Origin: Takakia lepidozioides
Lineage: Eukaryota > Plantae > Bryophyta
Direction of reading: 5' to 3'
Assembly (NCBI GenBank): GCA_030704615.1
Contig: CM060732.1
Coordinates: forward strand, 62,744,001-62,808,000
Length of the DNA stretch: 64,000 bases
Numbering within the stretch: the stretch's first letter is position 1; each line of letters starts with the position of its first letter. This document shows, piece by piece, positions 25,111 through 37,636 of the stretch. The notes beneath the pieces were generated by a model. It had not been told where the DNA came from. It was given only the letters and a program-made list of their open reading frames with translations, and searched no databases. Made by a program: the position numbers and the translations under genes.

Positions 25111-28100
25111 TCAGTACATTCTCTTTTCCGGATCTGGTAAAGGCCAGAAGGATCCCATATAACGACTTTGCCTACTTCTGGCTGCCCTTTGAGCTTAGAG
25201 TGCAAGTAGGAAAATCGTTGTTCAAACTTCAAACCCTTACGCATGCTGCAAGTCTGGACAAGTGAAATGAATTGAATAGTCGTTCCAGGGTGCCCACTGA
25301 TGTTTGATGAATTGAAAATAATGTGGGTATGAATCAGGTGGCAATTCCACCGAGGGCGATGACGCAGAGGGTGCCAAGTATGAAAGAGCTTGACAGCAGC
25401 ATGCCGTTCTTGCTTCCCCATACTTACGTGAGTGTGGCGTGTCTAATTGTGTTTACATGGATCTACACCAAAGAGAAGGTTATTTGTGTTGTAAGCCAGT
25501 AAAACTGGATGCATCTATAAATGAAGGCCTACTGGCCAGCAAGTTAATTGTTGTTTATTTTCTTATGCATGTGTGGGTTGGACATGATAGGACGCAGGTG
25601 TTGATCTCAGGCCACTCATTGCCGCCCTTACACCAGCTGCCCAAGTAATTCTCCCTTCCCGTCTATGTTTCACAATTTCTATTAGGGACCTCCATGTGTA
25701 TTGGGGCTCCTCTTTAAGAGACCTAGGGATCATGTATCATGGCTGACCTGTGATACTTAGTGATTAACATAGTGGTGTGTGGTTCCTCTTTAGGCCAGTT
25801 GCTCTTGTCTGTTATAGATAGTGCCCCAGGGTAGTCCTTGTTTTAGAGGCTTTGGCATCCAGCTTTGCTTACATTGATGCAAGTGATTAGGACAGTTTTC
25901 TGCTAATTGCAGACACTTGTTACCAGATAAGCGAAGGCATCCAGATCGAAAAACTCACTGTTGCACTTTGCATGGTCAAATGTGTTGTGCAGGTTGTTGA
26001 TGAGGATGCTTTGTGGGAGGTCCATACCCTTCTTGCTGAGGTGAGGAAACAAATATGTAGTGACCTACATCACATCCTCAGTTTGTCCCCCCAATGAAAA
26101 CAGTTTACGAGGTTCACCTAGTGGGGATTGCAAGCATGTAATGCTCTGGGCTTCCTGATTGTGAATGTAATGGTTAGGAGACTTCCTTAGAGGGATGACA
26201 ACCTGCTAAAGATCGATGTTGTCCAGCAGTTGAATCAGATCTTGTCTTGTTGCCTTTCAAATGCTTCATGTATCAAAATCTGAGCTTGAAATGGTACATG
26301 TGTGGTGTATATCAGCTGGAATTCAAGGCGAATGAGGACAAAGAAAACAATTCAAATGTCAATGCTCTGAGCTAGTTATCTCAAGAAAACTACTGAGAGT
26401 AGCATATCTTAAACTGTAATGGCTACTAGTCTGCAAATGCTTAAAGGCCAAGATTGGGCCTTTTCTTGAAATCCTAAGTTTCAACTTCAAGATATTGTCA
26501 GACAGTTGATTGATAGAAAATCTCCAGGGCTAGCAGCAGTTTATGTCACCCACTTCACTGCGGGTGAAGTCACTGCAGGCTGTCGTCCCAGAGCTGCAGT
26601 GCACGAAACACCTGACAAGGTTAATTTTTAACAAGGGTTAATTAAGGTTGGATGAGTGTACACGGCAGGAGCTGTGTGCGCTCTGTTTTCTCCCCCACGG
26701 AAGAGCTCCAGAGATCGCAGGTTGGTTTCCTCCCCTAGCTTCATAAATGGCTTTTGTCCTTTCTACCACAGTGTTGGCCATGGAGCTATCTATCATAATA
26801 AAGAGAAAAGCCTGTCCCATTGAAGATGGAGACGTGATTGCAATCGACGCTATAAGCAAAATGAAGATCCTGATTTGCATGCTCCATAAACCGTGATCTT
26901 CCACAATGTTGGAAGCTTGGATTTGTTGCCTTGTTGCTTGTTTAAGCCTTTATGGCTCCTTGAGCTTGTCTATTCCTTGTATTTCAAGCATTTCGGGTGT
27001 TGTCCCTTTTTTTTTAAAAACACCCCTTCATATATTGACCTCTCAAACTTGCTATGTTTGATGAGACATGCAACTAATTGAACTTCCCTGGACCTGAGAC
27101 TAAAGCGAGTGCAAGTCGGTTTCAAAACATTCTGGAGTCCAACATTTCCCACATTTTTCGGCCTTGAACAATTAAATCAAAGTAAATGCGAGCAAGAGTG
27201 GCAAATACACAAGGGGATTTAGCATCGTATAGCCAGGCACATCTCCATTTCCAAACTCCAAAGCTGACAAGGCAACCAAGAACCACGTTAGAGATATTAA
27301 AGACAGTCTGGAAGTCAACCCTTAACTTCCTACATGGTTCATTTTTTGACACCTAAAAATTACTACCCATGCCCAGTAAAATGAGGCTAACTACCTATAA
27401 AAAATCATCCAGAAAAATGAACAGTTTGTCATCTTGAGGGATAAATAAAATATACATAATGAAATATTCAACAAGCATTGAACAATATTCTGTAAAAAGA
27501 CTGGCTCTGTCCCCGTTTTCTTTTTCTTTTTTTAAAAGAAAAAAAGGCTCAAGAATGGGGGGTGGAATTAGTAGCAAGGGGGGTGGGGAGGACAGGCCGC
27601 CCGCCGGAGGAGCCTAGGCTGCTGGAATCTGGCAAAAGTACCGTCAGATCGCACGCGTCCATTAAGTTCTTACATTATTGCTATTGTCTTCCGCGGGCAA
27701 ATCGGTGGGCGAGAAGACAAGGGGGCAGCAGGCACAGGGATGGCAACCGATGAGAGAGGCCGGGTGAGAGAGAGCGAGGGCGTTAGAGAGAGAAGCAAAG
27801 CACAAGTGTAGTGTAGTCACTCCTCCTCTCTCTCAATTTGTTAGTTTGTTCAAGATTATGTTGATGACTGAGTTGAAGGTCTGGCCTGCAAGGGTTGAGG
27901 AGGGGCTAGCGTCCCTTGATCTGCATTAACAGTGATGCAAAAGCTTTTTCATGAGGGAACTGCTGCGGGAGGAGCATTGGAGATTCTCGTCCATGGATCA
28001 GCGGGTACTTTGCACCAGTAAGGAAGGATGGAGTTACGCCAGTACTGGCAACTACTAGAGCGCGAAGGACCTCCTAAGGACCCGAGGAAGGACCTACTTG

Positions 28101-28239
28101 GGACAAATTGTTGAGGATAGGTACTTGAGGGTCGGAGAGTATTATATGGTACACAGATATTCCTGACAGGCGCCTTCGGGTGAGTGATTATGCACTTACT
28201 GGGACAATGTACAGAGGCAAAACGTAGAATGGGAAAGTG

Positions 28240-29826
28240 CAAGACAACAAGCTTGCAAATGCACACAAACGTGATGTGGTGGGGCTTCAGCCCTTCCCCC
28301 ATCATTTGATCATAGGTCTCCAAAGCCACCATCCCACGTTCCTGTTGTGCATACCTTGCAAGCACCGCGTGCCACGACACCACATCTTGTTCAGCCATAG
28401 TGTTGAAAACTCCCTTTGCATCCTCAATGCATCCACATTTGGCATACGTGTCCACCAGGGCAGTGTTCAGAATGACATCTGGTACAATTCCAGCTTTGAC
28501 GATGTCACCATGGACCTCTTTCCCCTTTTCCAGAGCTCCCAGGTTTGACATGTTGACAAAGGTGTTGAGGAGAAAACACTTGGCGTGAATCCACTTTGGA
28601 TAATGTGAGTGTGCACCTGCTTTCCAACTTCCAGACTTTTCATCTTAATGCACTTAAGCAAGAGACAGACAAACATATTATCTGAATTTGCTGAAATGCC
28701 TCCCACATTTGGCATATATGTCCACGAGGGTATTGTTCAGAATGACATCTGGTACAATTCCAGCTTTCGCGATGCAACCATGCACCTCTTTGCCCTTTTC
28801 CAGGGCTGCCAGGCTTGCACATACGTTGCAAATGCACACAAGCGTGATGTGGTTGGGCTTCACCCCTTCCCCCATCATTTGATCATAGGTCTCCAAAGCC
28901 ACCATCCCACGTCCCTGCTGTGCATACCCTGCAAGCATTGCGTGCCACGACACCATATCTTGTTCAGCCATAGTGTTGAAAACTCCCTTCGCATCCTCAA
29001 TGCACCCACATTTGGCATACATGTCTCTGTAATCCAACAGGCATTCATCTTTTTGCCTCGATTGTTTCACAATTGACTCGGGTCAGAAAAGTATTCATTC
29101 CACAGTTTTTTCTCGTCTCTGTTACCTGTTTCTGGATACTTTCTTCTTGTCACATTGGCAGTATCATGTCAAAGTCACTCCAAACTATCAATAGGAAACA
29201 CCCAACTCAACTTATCACACTAGTTCTTATGCTCAATTGCATTTGCTATTCTCTACAATCCAACACCTTTTGCCTCGATTGTCTCGCCATTGACTGGGGT
29301 CAGCAAAGTATTCATTCCACAGCTTCTCCTCGACGTCTCTGTTACCTGTTTAGCCGCAAGGCCACGGCAAACAACGTCTTATGAGTACATTCTGTTACAT
29401 GTTTCTGGATGCTTTTCTTGTCACATTGGCAGTATCATGTCAAAGTCGCTCCAAACTCCTTTCGCATCCTTAGTGTGAATCCACTTTGGATAATGTGAGT
29501 GCTTCCAGCTTCCAGACCTTTCATCTTGATGCACTTAAGCAAGAGACAGACAACCATATCTGAATCTGCTGAATTGCCTCCTACATTTGGCATACATGTC
29601 CACGAGGGTATTGTTCAGACTCACATCTGGTACAATTCCGGCTTTGGCGATGCAATCATGCACCTCTTTGCCCTTTTCCAGGGCTGCCAGGCTTGCATAT
29701 GCATTGCAAATGCACACAAATGTGATGTGGTTGGGCTTCACCCCTTCCCCCATCATTTGATCATAGGTCTCCAAAGCCTCCATCCCACGTCCCTACTGTG
29801 CATACCCTGCAAGCATCGCGTGCCAC
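28240..29826 (-). pseudogene. Scrambled, tandemly duplicated PPR (PLS-class) fragments
   Basis: Three near-identical blocks encoding MALETYDQMMGEG..PNHITFVCIC and LEKGKEVH..IAKAGIVPDV.LN.TLVD.YAKC. Frameshifts and stops present. Internal duplications 28576-28930 vs 29472-29825 and 29050-29185 vs 29268-29455. Confidence 0.85.
29352..29390 (+). mobile_element. 39-bp 3' stub of family B
   Basis: AGCCGCAAGGCCACGGCAAACAACGTCTTATGAGTACAT flanked by TSD TCTGTTACCTGTTT / TCTGTTACATGTTT. The paralogous empty site is at ~29116-29137. Confidence 0.85.
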
Positions 29827-32800
29827 CAGTATAAGAATTTCGCTTGAGTCTTTGAAACTCGCCGTCTCTGTGAACTTCCATTACAACCCAACCCACACAC
29901 AGAAATGACGACAATGATGTGGCGACGATGACGTGGAACTAAGGCACCCTATTCACGCTCCACGCTAAACTAGCTCTCGACCTTCGGTTGTCGCTAGAAT
30001 TAAACCCTAGGTTCCAGACACCCACTTATAACTAATGACGCGTACTGTTTTGCAACGTCCTATTGCATTAAGGTAATATGTGACAGAGTAAAAGCCTGCG
30101 GGAGGGCAGAGCTCCGCTCTCCCGCTCTACTCTCTGCTAAATCTCCTGCTAACCGCTATTCTTTAGGTATAGGGTAATGCCTTGAGTGGAGGGCATTCCC
30201 CGGATTTAAGGGCCTGACCCCGAGGGCGGCAGCCCAAGGGGAAGGCCCGAAAATCCGGGAGTGCCCGACACGAGGGGCATTACCCTGCATTACCTTGGCT
30301 ATCTGTTGTAGCTAAGCCCGCCGCCATGACTCCCACTCGAGCTCTCTAAGCTGTTGCTCGCTACTAGCTTACTACAACTTGACTGGGTCCTCTCTCAGCC
30401 TGTTCATTCTCTTAAGGCGTTTCTTCTCACTGTCTTATAGCCCCATTTCATTTCGTCTCCCCCACTTAAGACACTTTTGTCTCCTGGCTTCAGCTATATG
30501 ACTTTGTTCGCTTCTTATGCAGATGCTCTCATCTTAGCTACCTAACTTGTGATTGTCTCATCTTTAGCCGCGTATGTATCCACAGGCGATCCTTTTGAGT
30601 TCCTCTCGCAACAATCTGATCTCATTCAACTTTGGGCTAGATTGTCTCACACTTTTCAGGGCTTGCTGCTTCTCAAACAATGATCAACAGATATCAAGTT
30701 GCTACACCGTGTCAGTTAATCAGGGACCTCAACCTTGGACTGAAGAAGCCACGCTTGGCGATTTCGGCGATTTTTGGACTCCTTGCGGCGTACAGTTTGT
30801 TGCTCTCTCCGCTTCGCACTGCGTTTATTTGATGGCCGTCAGACACAGTTCCCTCTGTTTGTTATGATCTTTTCGACTTGTACATCCAAGGAAGCCACTT
30901 ACCATGACATATGTTTTGTCCATTTTGCACTCCACTTTCACTGTCAGCCTTGGATCTTTGCCTTTGCCCCAACTCTTGTTAGTCATTGTAATGTGCTACC
31001 CCCTTAAAATCTACCCAGGGCTACTCTAAATACTTCACTAAGTCTAGCATAGACATGCTTGGATATGCTTATTACACACACCTCTTGGTGGCTTTACTGC
31101 CCCACCACTTCATACATTGGCTGGTCTTAAAACCAAGTGTTTTTGCTGTTGCAACATACATTCATAGTTTATCTTACCCCTCCTTTGGTGCAGACTGGAA
31201 GGGCACCTACATACCGCCACGTACCTGCACAACACTAACACCACTAGCTCCCTCATATCCACCAAGTAGCTGTGCAGAGGCACCCTCTAATTTTGCTACT
31301 TCTGACTCTATCAACCAGCTCACATGCATGTCACAAATTACCAAAACTACTCGGTTTAGCACAACCACAATTGGGTGTGGCTTTCACTCACTTCTCCCTG
31401 CCCTCAGGATACCCCACCATCCCTCCCATTGTTTGTTCTTTAATTCTGCTGCTTTCTTTGATATAATCTCAATTTGCAATCTGTCCCACCCCTCCTTTCT
31501 TGCAGACTGGTGGAGTTCTTGCCTTCCGCAAAGTGCATGTATAACACCGGCGCTACGGGATCCTCTCCACCCACAATGCTGCTGCGAAGAATTACCTCTA
31601 CATCTTGCTCCTACAACCTCTCCCGATTATGCATCAGTCGGCACTACACAACTTGTTTGTTTTTTACATATGAAGATGCTAGATTGGGACTCTCAAGTCA
31701 TATTATTTGATTATAACATTTTTATCTACCCAGCTGGGGTACATTCACTTCTGGCTAACACCCAGAGCAATATCCTCACACTATTTCCTCATACCTCAAC
31801 ACTACTCACACTTTACATTACTCATACTCCAATACTATTCTCAATCAAATCTTACATTCCTTGTACTTTAGTACTACTCTCCCATAGATTGTACACTCCT
31901 CATATATTTTGATATTAACCTCATACAAAATTTCCATTGCTCATATTTCTTTACTATTTTCAAACAAATCTTATATTGCTCATCAATTAGTCCCATTTTT
32001 TTTCCCTCAAGCACACTACTCATGTACAGTATACCACCCAGGTATATCTATCATATACACAACTCAGACAACTACTCGGACTTGCTATTCAGACATATTT
32101 TCCCTATACATTCCTTATGCACACTATCCATGCACAACACTCGAATATACCACCCAGATATACCTCTCATGCACACCACTCAAATACACTACTTCGACAT
32201 ACTATTCATTTGTACTCTTCAGCCTTGATGTTGTCCCCAAACACTTTTTCCACTTCCCATACCACATTAATACTGGCAAACAATTCTTATGCTACTTACA
32301 CCTCGACGCTACGTCTTACAAACAATTCTTATGTAGTCTATACCTCCATACTACTTACAACAAATTATTACCTTGTTCAAAGATTACTATCCACTTGTAG
32401 CTATACCGCACCCAAAGTTTCTACCTCTGCCAATCTACCCAACTACAGCTCCCATACCACTTATACCCTAACCCCGCCAAAATTCAAACATAGTAGGGGT
32501 ATCATACCAAGCACCCCCTTAATTTCTACCTATACCAATCTACCTAGCTATAACTCCCTCACCAACAACACCCTAACCCCACCAAATTCTAAATATACCA
32601 CGGTTATCATATCAAGTACTATATTAAAATATTTATATACGACCCCCATGTCCACATCAGATGAGCGCTACATCCACTACCTATTCATAAAAATGCCCGC
32701 CGCCCACATCTGCCCTTCTAACATTATTATTGCACCGTACATGCCTACATCCCCCCCACCTAGTGTTTATACCCAACCTCATACCATATGTACATTCTCC

Positions 32801-34914
32801 CTACCACAGACCCATGAAATTAACCCCACTCTCCATCAATCCCTACCACAATCGTGGGGGGATGGTCATCTCCACCCTCAACTCTGAGACCACACCACAC
32901 CGCATAAATGGACCACATCACGCCCACTTCTACCCTCCCACACGACCTAATAAGTTACTCAGAATATACCACCCCATTACCCATTGCCCTCATGAGCGAT
33001 ATCGTTTTATCCCCTTAGCATCCAAACATCACCTTCACCATCCTCCCTTGCCTGACACCATGTACCGCAACCTCTGTATCACTCTTACCTTGCTCAGATG
33101 CGGGGACATCCATCCCAACCCAGGCCCTACCTCTATAGATGATATCACCAGTCAACTGCCAGCTGACCAACAAGATCAATATGCATTATACTTTTGCCCA
33201 AATAGCATATCCTTTGTTCATCCCTATCGTCACCTATATGACCACTTCGCCCCTTTCCTCCCCACACTGGCCACCAATAACCAGTTTCCCAAACAGACTC
33301 CAGGCACTCTTTCTCTACCTTTGGACTTCCCATTCACCCTCACCAGCACTCTCCAAGGCTATTCTAAAACTTCACACCTACCCAACGCAACATCTTCTCT
33401 TCTCCCTCATCGTCATCATCTCCCCACTACCCAAAGAATGTGACGCCTACTTAGCCACACAATCAGACTCCCAAATCATCTCTACTTTACGTGATTTACA
33501 ATCTCTTCCCCCACATCCTAACAACTACCTAGCCCCACCGCACTGCTTATCAGACCCACTCACATCGCTCAATATGCTACAATCACACTCTGACGTTTTA
33601 CACAAGAAGCTCGGCGACCACCTCGCTAACCTCACGGCCGCCACGGACCAAGACCACCAAAACATCATCAATAAATTCCCATTTCTCTCTGAAAAGGTTC
33701 TCTTGGCTACCCTTAACATCGTTACCCCCCTTCTTCCTTACCAACCCCCACCTGTTCATGTTCCACCGCTACCTTCTCCACCCCCTACCCAACCTCAATG
33801 TCCCACAGTGGACATCTCACTCAATCATTCCCCTAACCCCCCTGACATATGCTCACACACTCTTACCATCACTACCTGGAACGTTGGCTCCCTAGCCTCA
33901 AGCATCCAAAGTTTACTTCACCTCCTTACAGACTCCACGCCTCCTCATGTTATTCTATTACAAGAAACCAAACTGCACACCAACAACTCCAACAGTTCAT
34001 ACATCAACAAACTTCTACCAGACTACTACCTCTTGTACGGCACCCCCCTAACTGCATCGCAATGCCTAAGACGTCGTTATGCCCCATATAGTCCCACTCG
34101 TGGTGGCGTGGCACTTGGTATCCTCCGAACACATCATTCCCCTAACACTACACTTAAAATATCCGTGCCTGTCCCCCTCCGCTCTTATTTACAAATCATC
34201 CAAATCCACCTACCCGCCCTTAACCCCATTACCTCAATCCACCTATATATGCCCTCGCACACTGAAGACCTAGCTCTGATACCGGATATATTAGACACTA
34301 TCCATAACGCTGTCTCCCACCTTGAACATCAACATTTCCACTACATACTAGCCGGTGACTTCAACCGTGACATTTCCCTACATGGACACACATTCAATGG
34401 CCTACACAAATCCCCAACCCCACTCAACCACAAATGGGCTAAATTCATACAATAACATCAATTCTCCTACATCCCAGCAGACCACCACTACTCACTACAG
34501 GGTGGGCTCAACTACTCATCTTTAAGCCTTATTGACGGCTTCTACCTCAGGACACGTAACCAAATCCCTGCGTATCTCATGAGCCACATCCACACTGACA
34601 GTTTATGAAACTCTGACCACTTCCCGGTATCCATCTCCCTTCCCTCATCCCTCATCCCCATCCGGCCGATCCCACTAGCCCCAACCCCCACCCCTCAACC
34701 CCGAATCCTCTCCTCGCTACCACAACACAACATTGTTGCATTCCAAAATCACTTCCAACCAACTGCCTCAATCCTCATGCTTAAACTCTCGCACATCCTT
34801 TTTGACACTAACCTATTGCACTCTCTCGAGGCCACTTGGTACGATGCAGAGCGCACACTATCATCCTTAATATAAGAAATGACAAAAAGCGTCACCGCCA
34901 CATGTTCTGCCCCC

Positions 34915-34915
<1 letters not shown>

Positions 34916-34954
<39 letters not shown>
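34916..34954 (+). repeat. Poly(C) run (~39 nt) inside the LINE between APE and RT
   Basis: Direct observation; the length may be a sequencing artefact. Confidence 0.85.
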
Positions 34955-34958
<4 letters not shown>

Positions 34959-36955
34959 CCGGGACATTCCTCAAACCACCCGTTCCAAACAATATGGTGG
35001 TTACCTCACTAGATCACAAAAACGTGCTTGGAACTCCCACCTCAATATTTATCACACTGTTTGTCGGGCCCTCACTATCGTACCCAACTCGTCACTACCC
35101 TCATTTCATAATAACTGGAGGTCTCACCCCCGCATCACCAGCCTCAACACCCTCTCTGCCTGCCGTGCCCTCATGCCCCCCCCTCCTAAAGACCCTGTCA
35201 CCCTCCCCACCTGGATTGCTGCCCTATCCAAACTAGGCAGAGAATCCAAAAAAGCAGCCTACATGATCACCAAACAAAAAGCTATGGACAATCCAAAAAT
35301 TTGTTGCCTCCTTCAACCAGCTACAGCATGACCATCCCAAAAAAGCTCACAAAGTCATCTTCAATCTTGCACTTTGACTGCCTCAAGCATAGGCTTGGCC
35401 ACTTATTGACTAAACCTGATGACATCAAGAACGAGATATGGATCCAAGCTTCAGCCTCATACATGCCCACTACTACAAATTGCTTACACCCAAACCATCA
35501 CAACCAAAACTGCATGTATAAAGTCAAACACTATCCGTGGCATGATCTAGACGGTTTTACACTAGACCGACGAGGCTCCCCCTCCGATCACATGCATGAC
35601 CTCTTTACAATTAACCTATATAACTCATGCCTAAAAGCCCTATCCAAATCTAAAGCTCCTGGTCTTGACCTGATCTCGAATGCAATCCTCCAAGATCTTG
35701 ACCCCCACCTTCATCTTCTCCTCTTCAAATTCTTTAAACTCTGCTATCAACTACAGAGGATACCACACTCCTGGAAGCATAGCCGTACCATTTTATTATT
35801 TAAAAAGGGGGACCCTACAGACCTTAGCAACTACAGACCTATAGCCCTCGCAAACACCATCTATAAACTCTTCACCAGCACACTAACTATAATGCTCTCC
35901 AGTTACGGCGAGCAGCACCGTATCCTCAACGACCATTAAGAGGGATTCCGTGCCACTTGCAGTACCACCAGACAAATCCAATATGTATTATCAGCCCTCG
36001 ACGATGCTAAACTTGCCAAACATGATATCTACCTTTTGTATATTGACTTTAAGAATGCATTCGGCTCCTTAGACCATGCCAGACTACTTGCGATTATGTC
36101 TGACCTCGGCTATCCTTCAGACGCCATCCAACTCAATATCTATACTGACAGTACCACTGAGTACTCTGGCTCTTACTACAGCTGCACCCTTCCTATCCCT
36201 ATTTTGTGTGGTACTATCCAGGGTGATACCCTAAGCCCATATCTCTTCATCATTTTTCTAGAACCACTCCTACGATGGTTTGCTCGCGGCAATTTAGGGT
36301 ATCACTACAAAACCTCACCCAATGAAATAACAGCTGCCGCCTATGCTGACGACTTAGCCATCCTTGCTCATAAACCCCAGCACGCCAAGTTGATAAATTA
36401 TCCCGTTTTAATCAATGGTCCGGCATGGAACTCAGTCTCCACAAATGCGCCGTTATGGCAGCCACCCATCACAGCAAATTCACACATGTCGTGATAGATT
36501 TTCATTGTAAACTACACATTCATTATCAAAATAACCCCTTCCCTTTCCTAGGTCCCGACGAACCCTACACCTACTTGGGCATCCAGCTTGTTCCCTCACT
36601 CAAATGGCACATCCAAAAGGCCACTACCCTTACCAAACTAACTAACAAAAGCTTAGTTTCAATCTCCTATCCCCATTAGACCTAAACTTGTGATCACCCA
36701 ATCGGTGCTCAAACCACAAGTTTAATACGCCTTCCATGCTGCTCCATTCTCCCTTCCTGACATTCGCTTGCTTGACAGGCATATTATCCAACTAACCAAA
36801 CGGATCTGTGGGCTTCCTACTAGTACCCCGAATGCCCCAACCCAACTTCCCACGGATAGCTATGGTATTGGCTCTAGCCCCCTCATCACCTCTTACGCCC
36901 GCACCCTTAGTACCCAACTACTAGAAGCCTTGAATGACCCTAGGCGTCTAGGGCT

Positions 36956-37636
36956 AGGTGATTGCAAACTAGAGTGGACCAAAAACGGCAGATCATCAGT
37001 ACATAAAGAGTACATAAAGAAGGATGTGGCGAATCCTCAACCATCGGATTTGCTTCAACTGACAATCTTGACTGTCTATTATTGACTGTTAAAACCAAGA
37101 TTTTTAAATTGCGATAATATCAAGTCACAAATTGTATTTTGATCATAATCAACTCTCCATTTATGGTGAATGAATGCGTCTAGTGAAAAACATTTTGTTA
37201 TTTCAAAAGAATTTAGTCATAAAGGACTTTATGAAAATAGCTATTTTTGAGGCTCAAAATAGTACATAATGTTTTTTTAACTTCATATTTTTGAATGATA
37301 GTTTTCATTCCAGATTCCTCAATCTCCAAAGCAAGGTTGAGAGAGTCCATTTTCTTGACTTTGTTCTAACTCCCATATTAAAAAAGTCCATAACGTCTTT
37401 TTTTATGGATTGTGACAATTCTTTATGGACTTTTTAAAAGTCCATAGCATCTAAAGATTTGGTTTTTGATAATGAGATTTAAATGTGCGAAAGTATGTGT
37501 AGATGAGCCTCTATATATTAGTCCCTTTTTATTGATGGCATTGTCACGTAAGAGTATGATAATTTACCACTATTCTATGTCTGGAAAAAACAGTGTTGTA
37601 ACAGCAAAAAATGGACACTGTAGGCTGCAATCACCG
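36956..37636. mobile_element. MITE, second copy of the 3067-3742 family, inverted, inserted in the LINE ORF
   Basis: AGGTGATTGCAAACTAGAGTGGACC...GGACACTGTAGGCTGCAATCACCG, TSD GGCT (36952-36955 / 37637-37640). Removing it restores ALNDPRRLGLIYQ. Confidence 0.92.

Noticed and set aside
29378-29392. CTTATGAG in the family-B 3' end as a hammerhead ribozyme core (retrozyme/Penelope)
   Set aside because: The invariant CUGANGA G is replaced by U in all copies, and no GAAA-closed stem II follows.
29978-30010. CGACCTTCGGTTG hairpin + CTAG as a Helitron end; AAACCCTAG as a telomere repeat
   Set aside because: The hairpin is short and not followed by T; a single telo-box is common near promoters.
30070-30296. 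Independent MITE with AAGGTAAT/ATTACCTT 8-bp TIRs
   Set aside because: The left motif is the LINE's 12-bp TSD, repeated at 41344-41355, so the hairpins lie inside the LINE.
32277-32370. Short regularly spaced repeats as a CRISPR-like array
   Set aside because: Eukaryotic context; these are degenerate tandem units without unique spacers, and there are no cas genes.
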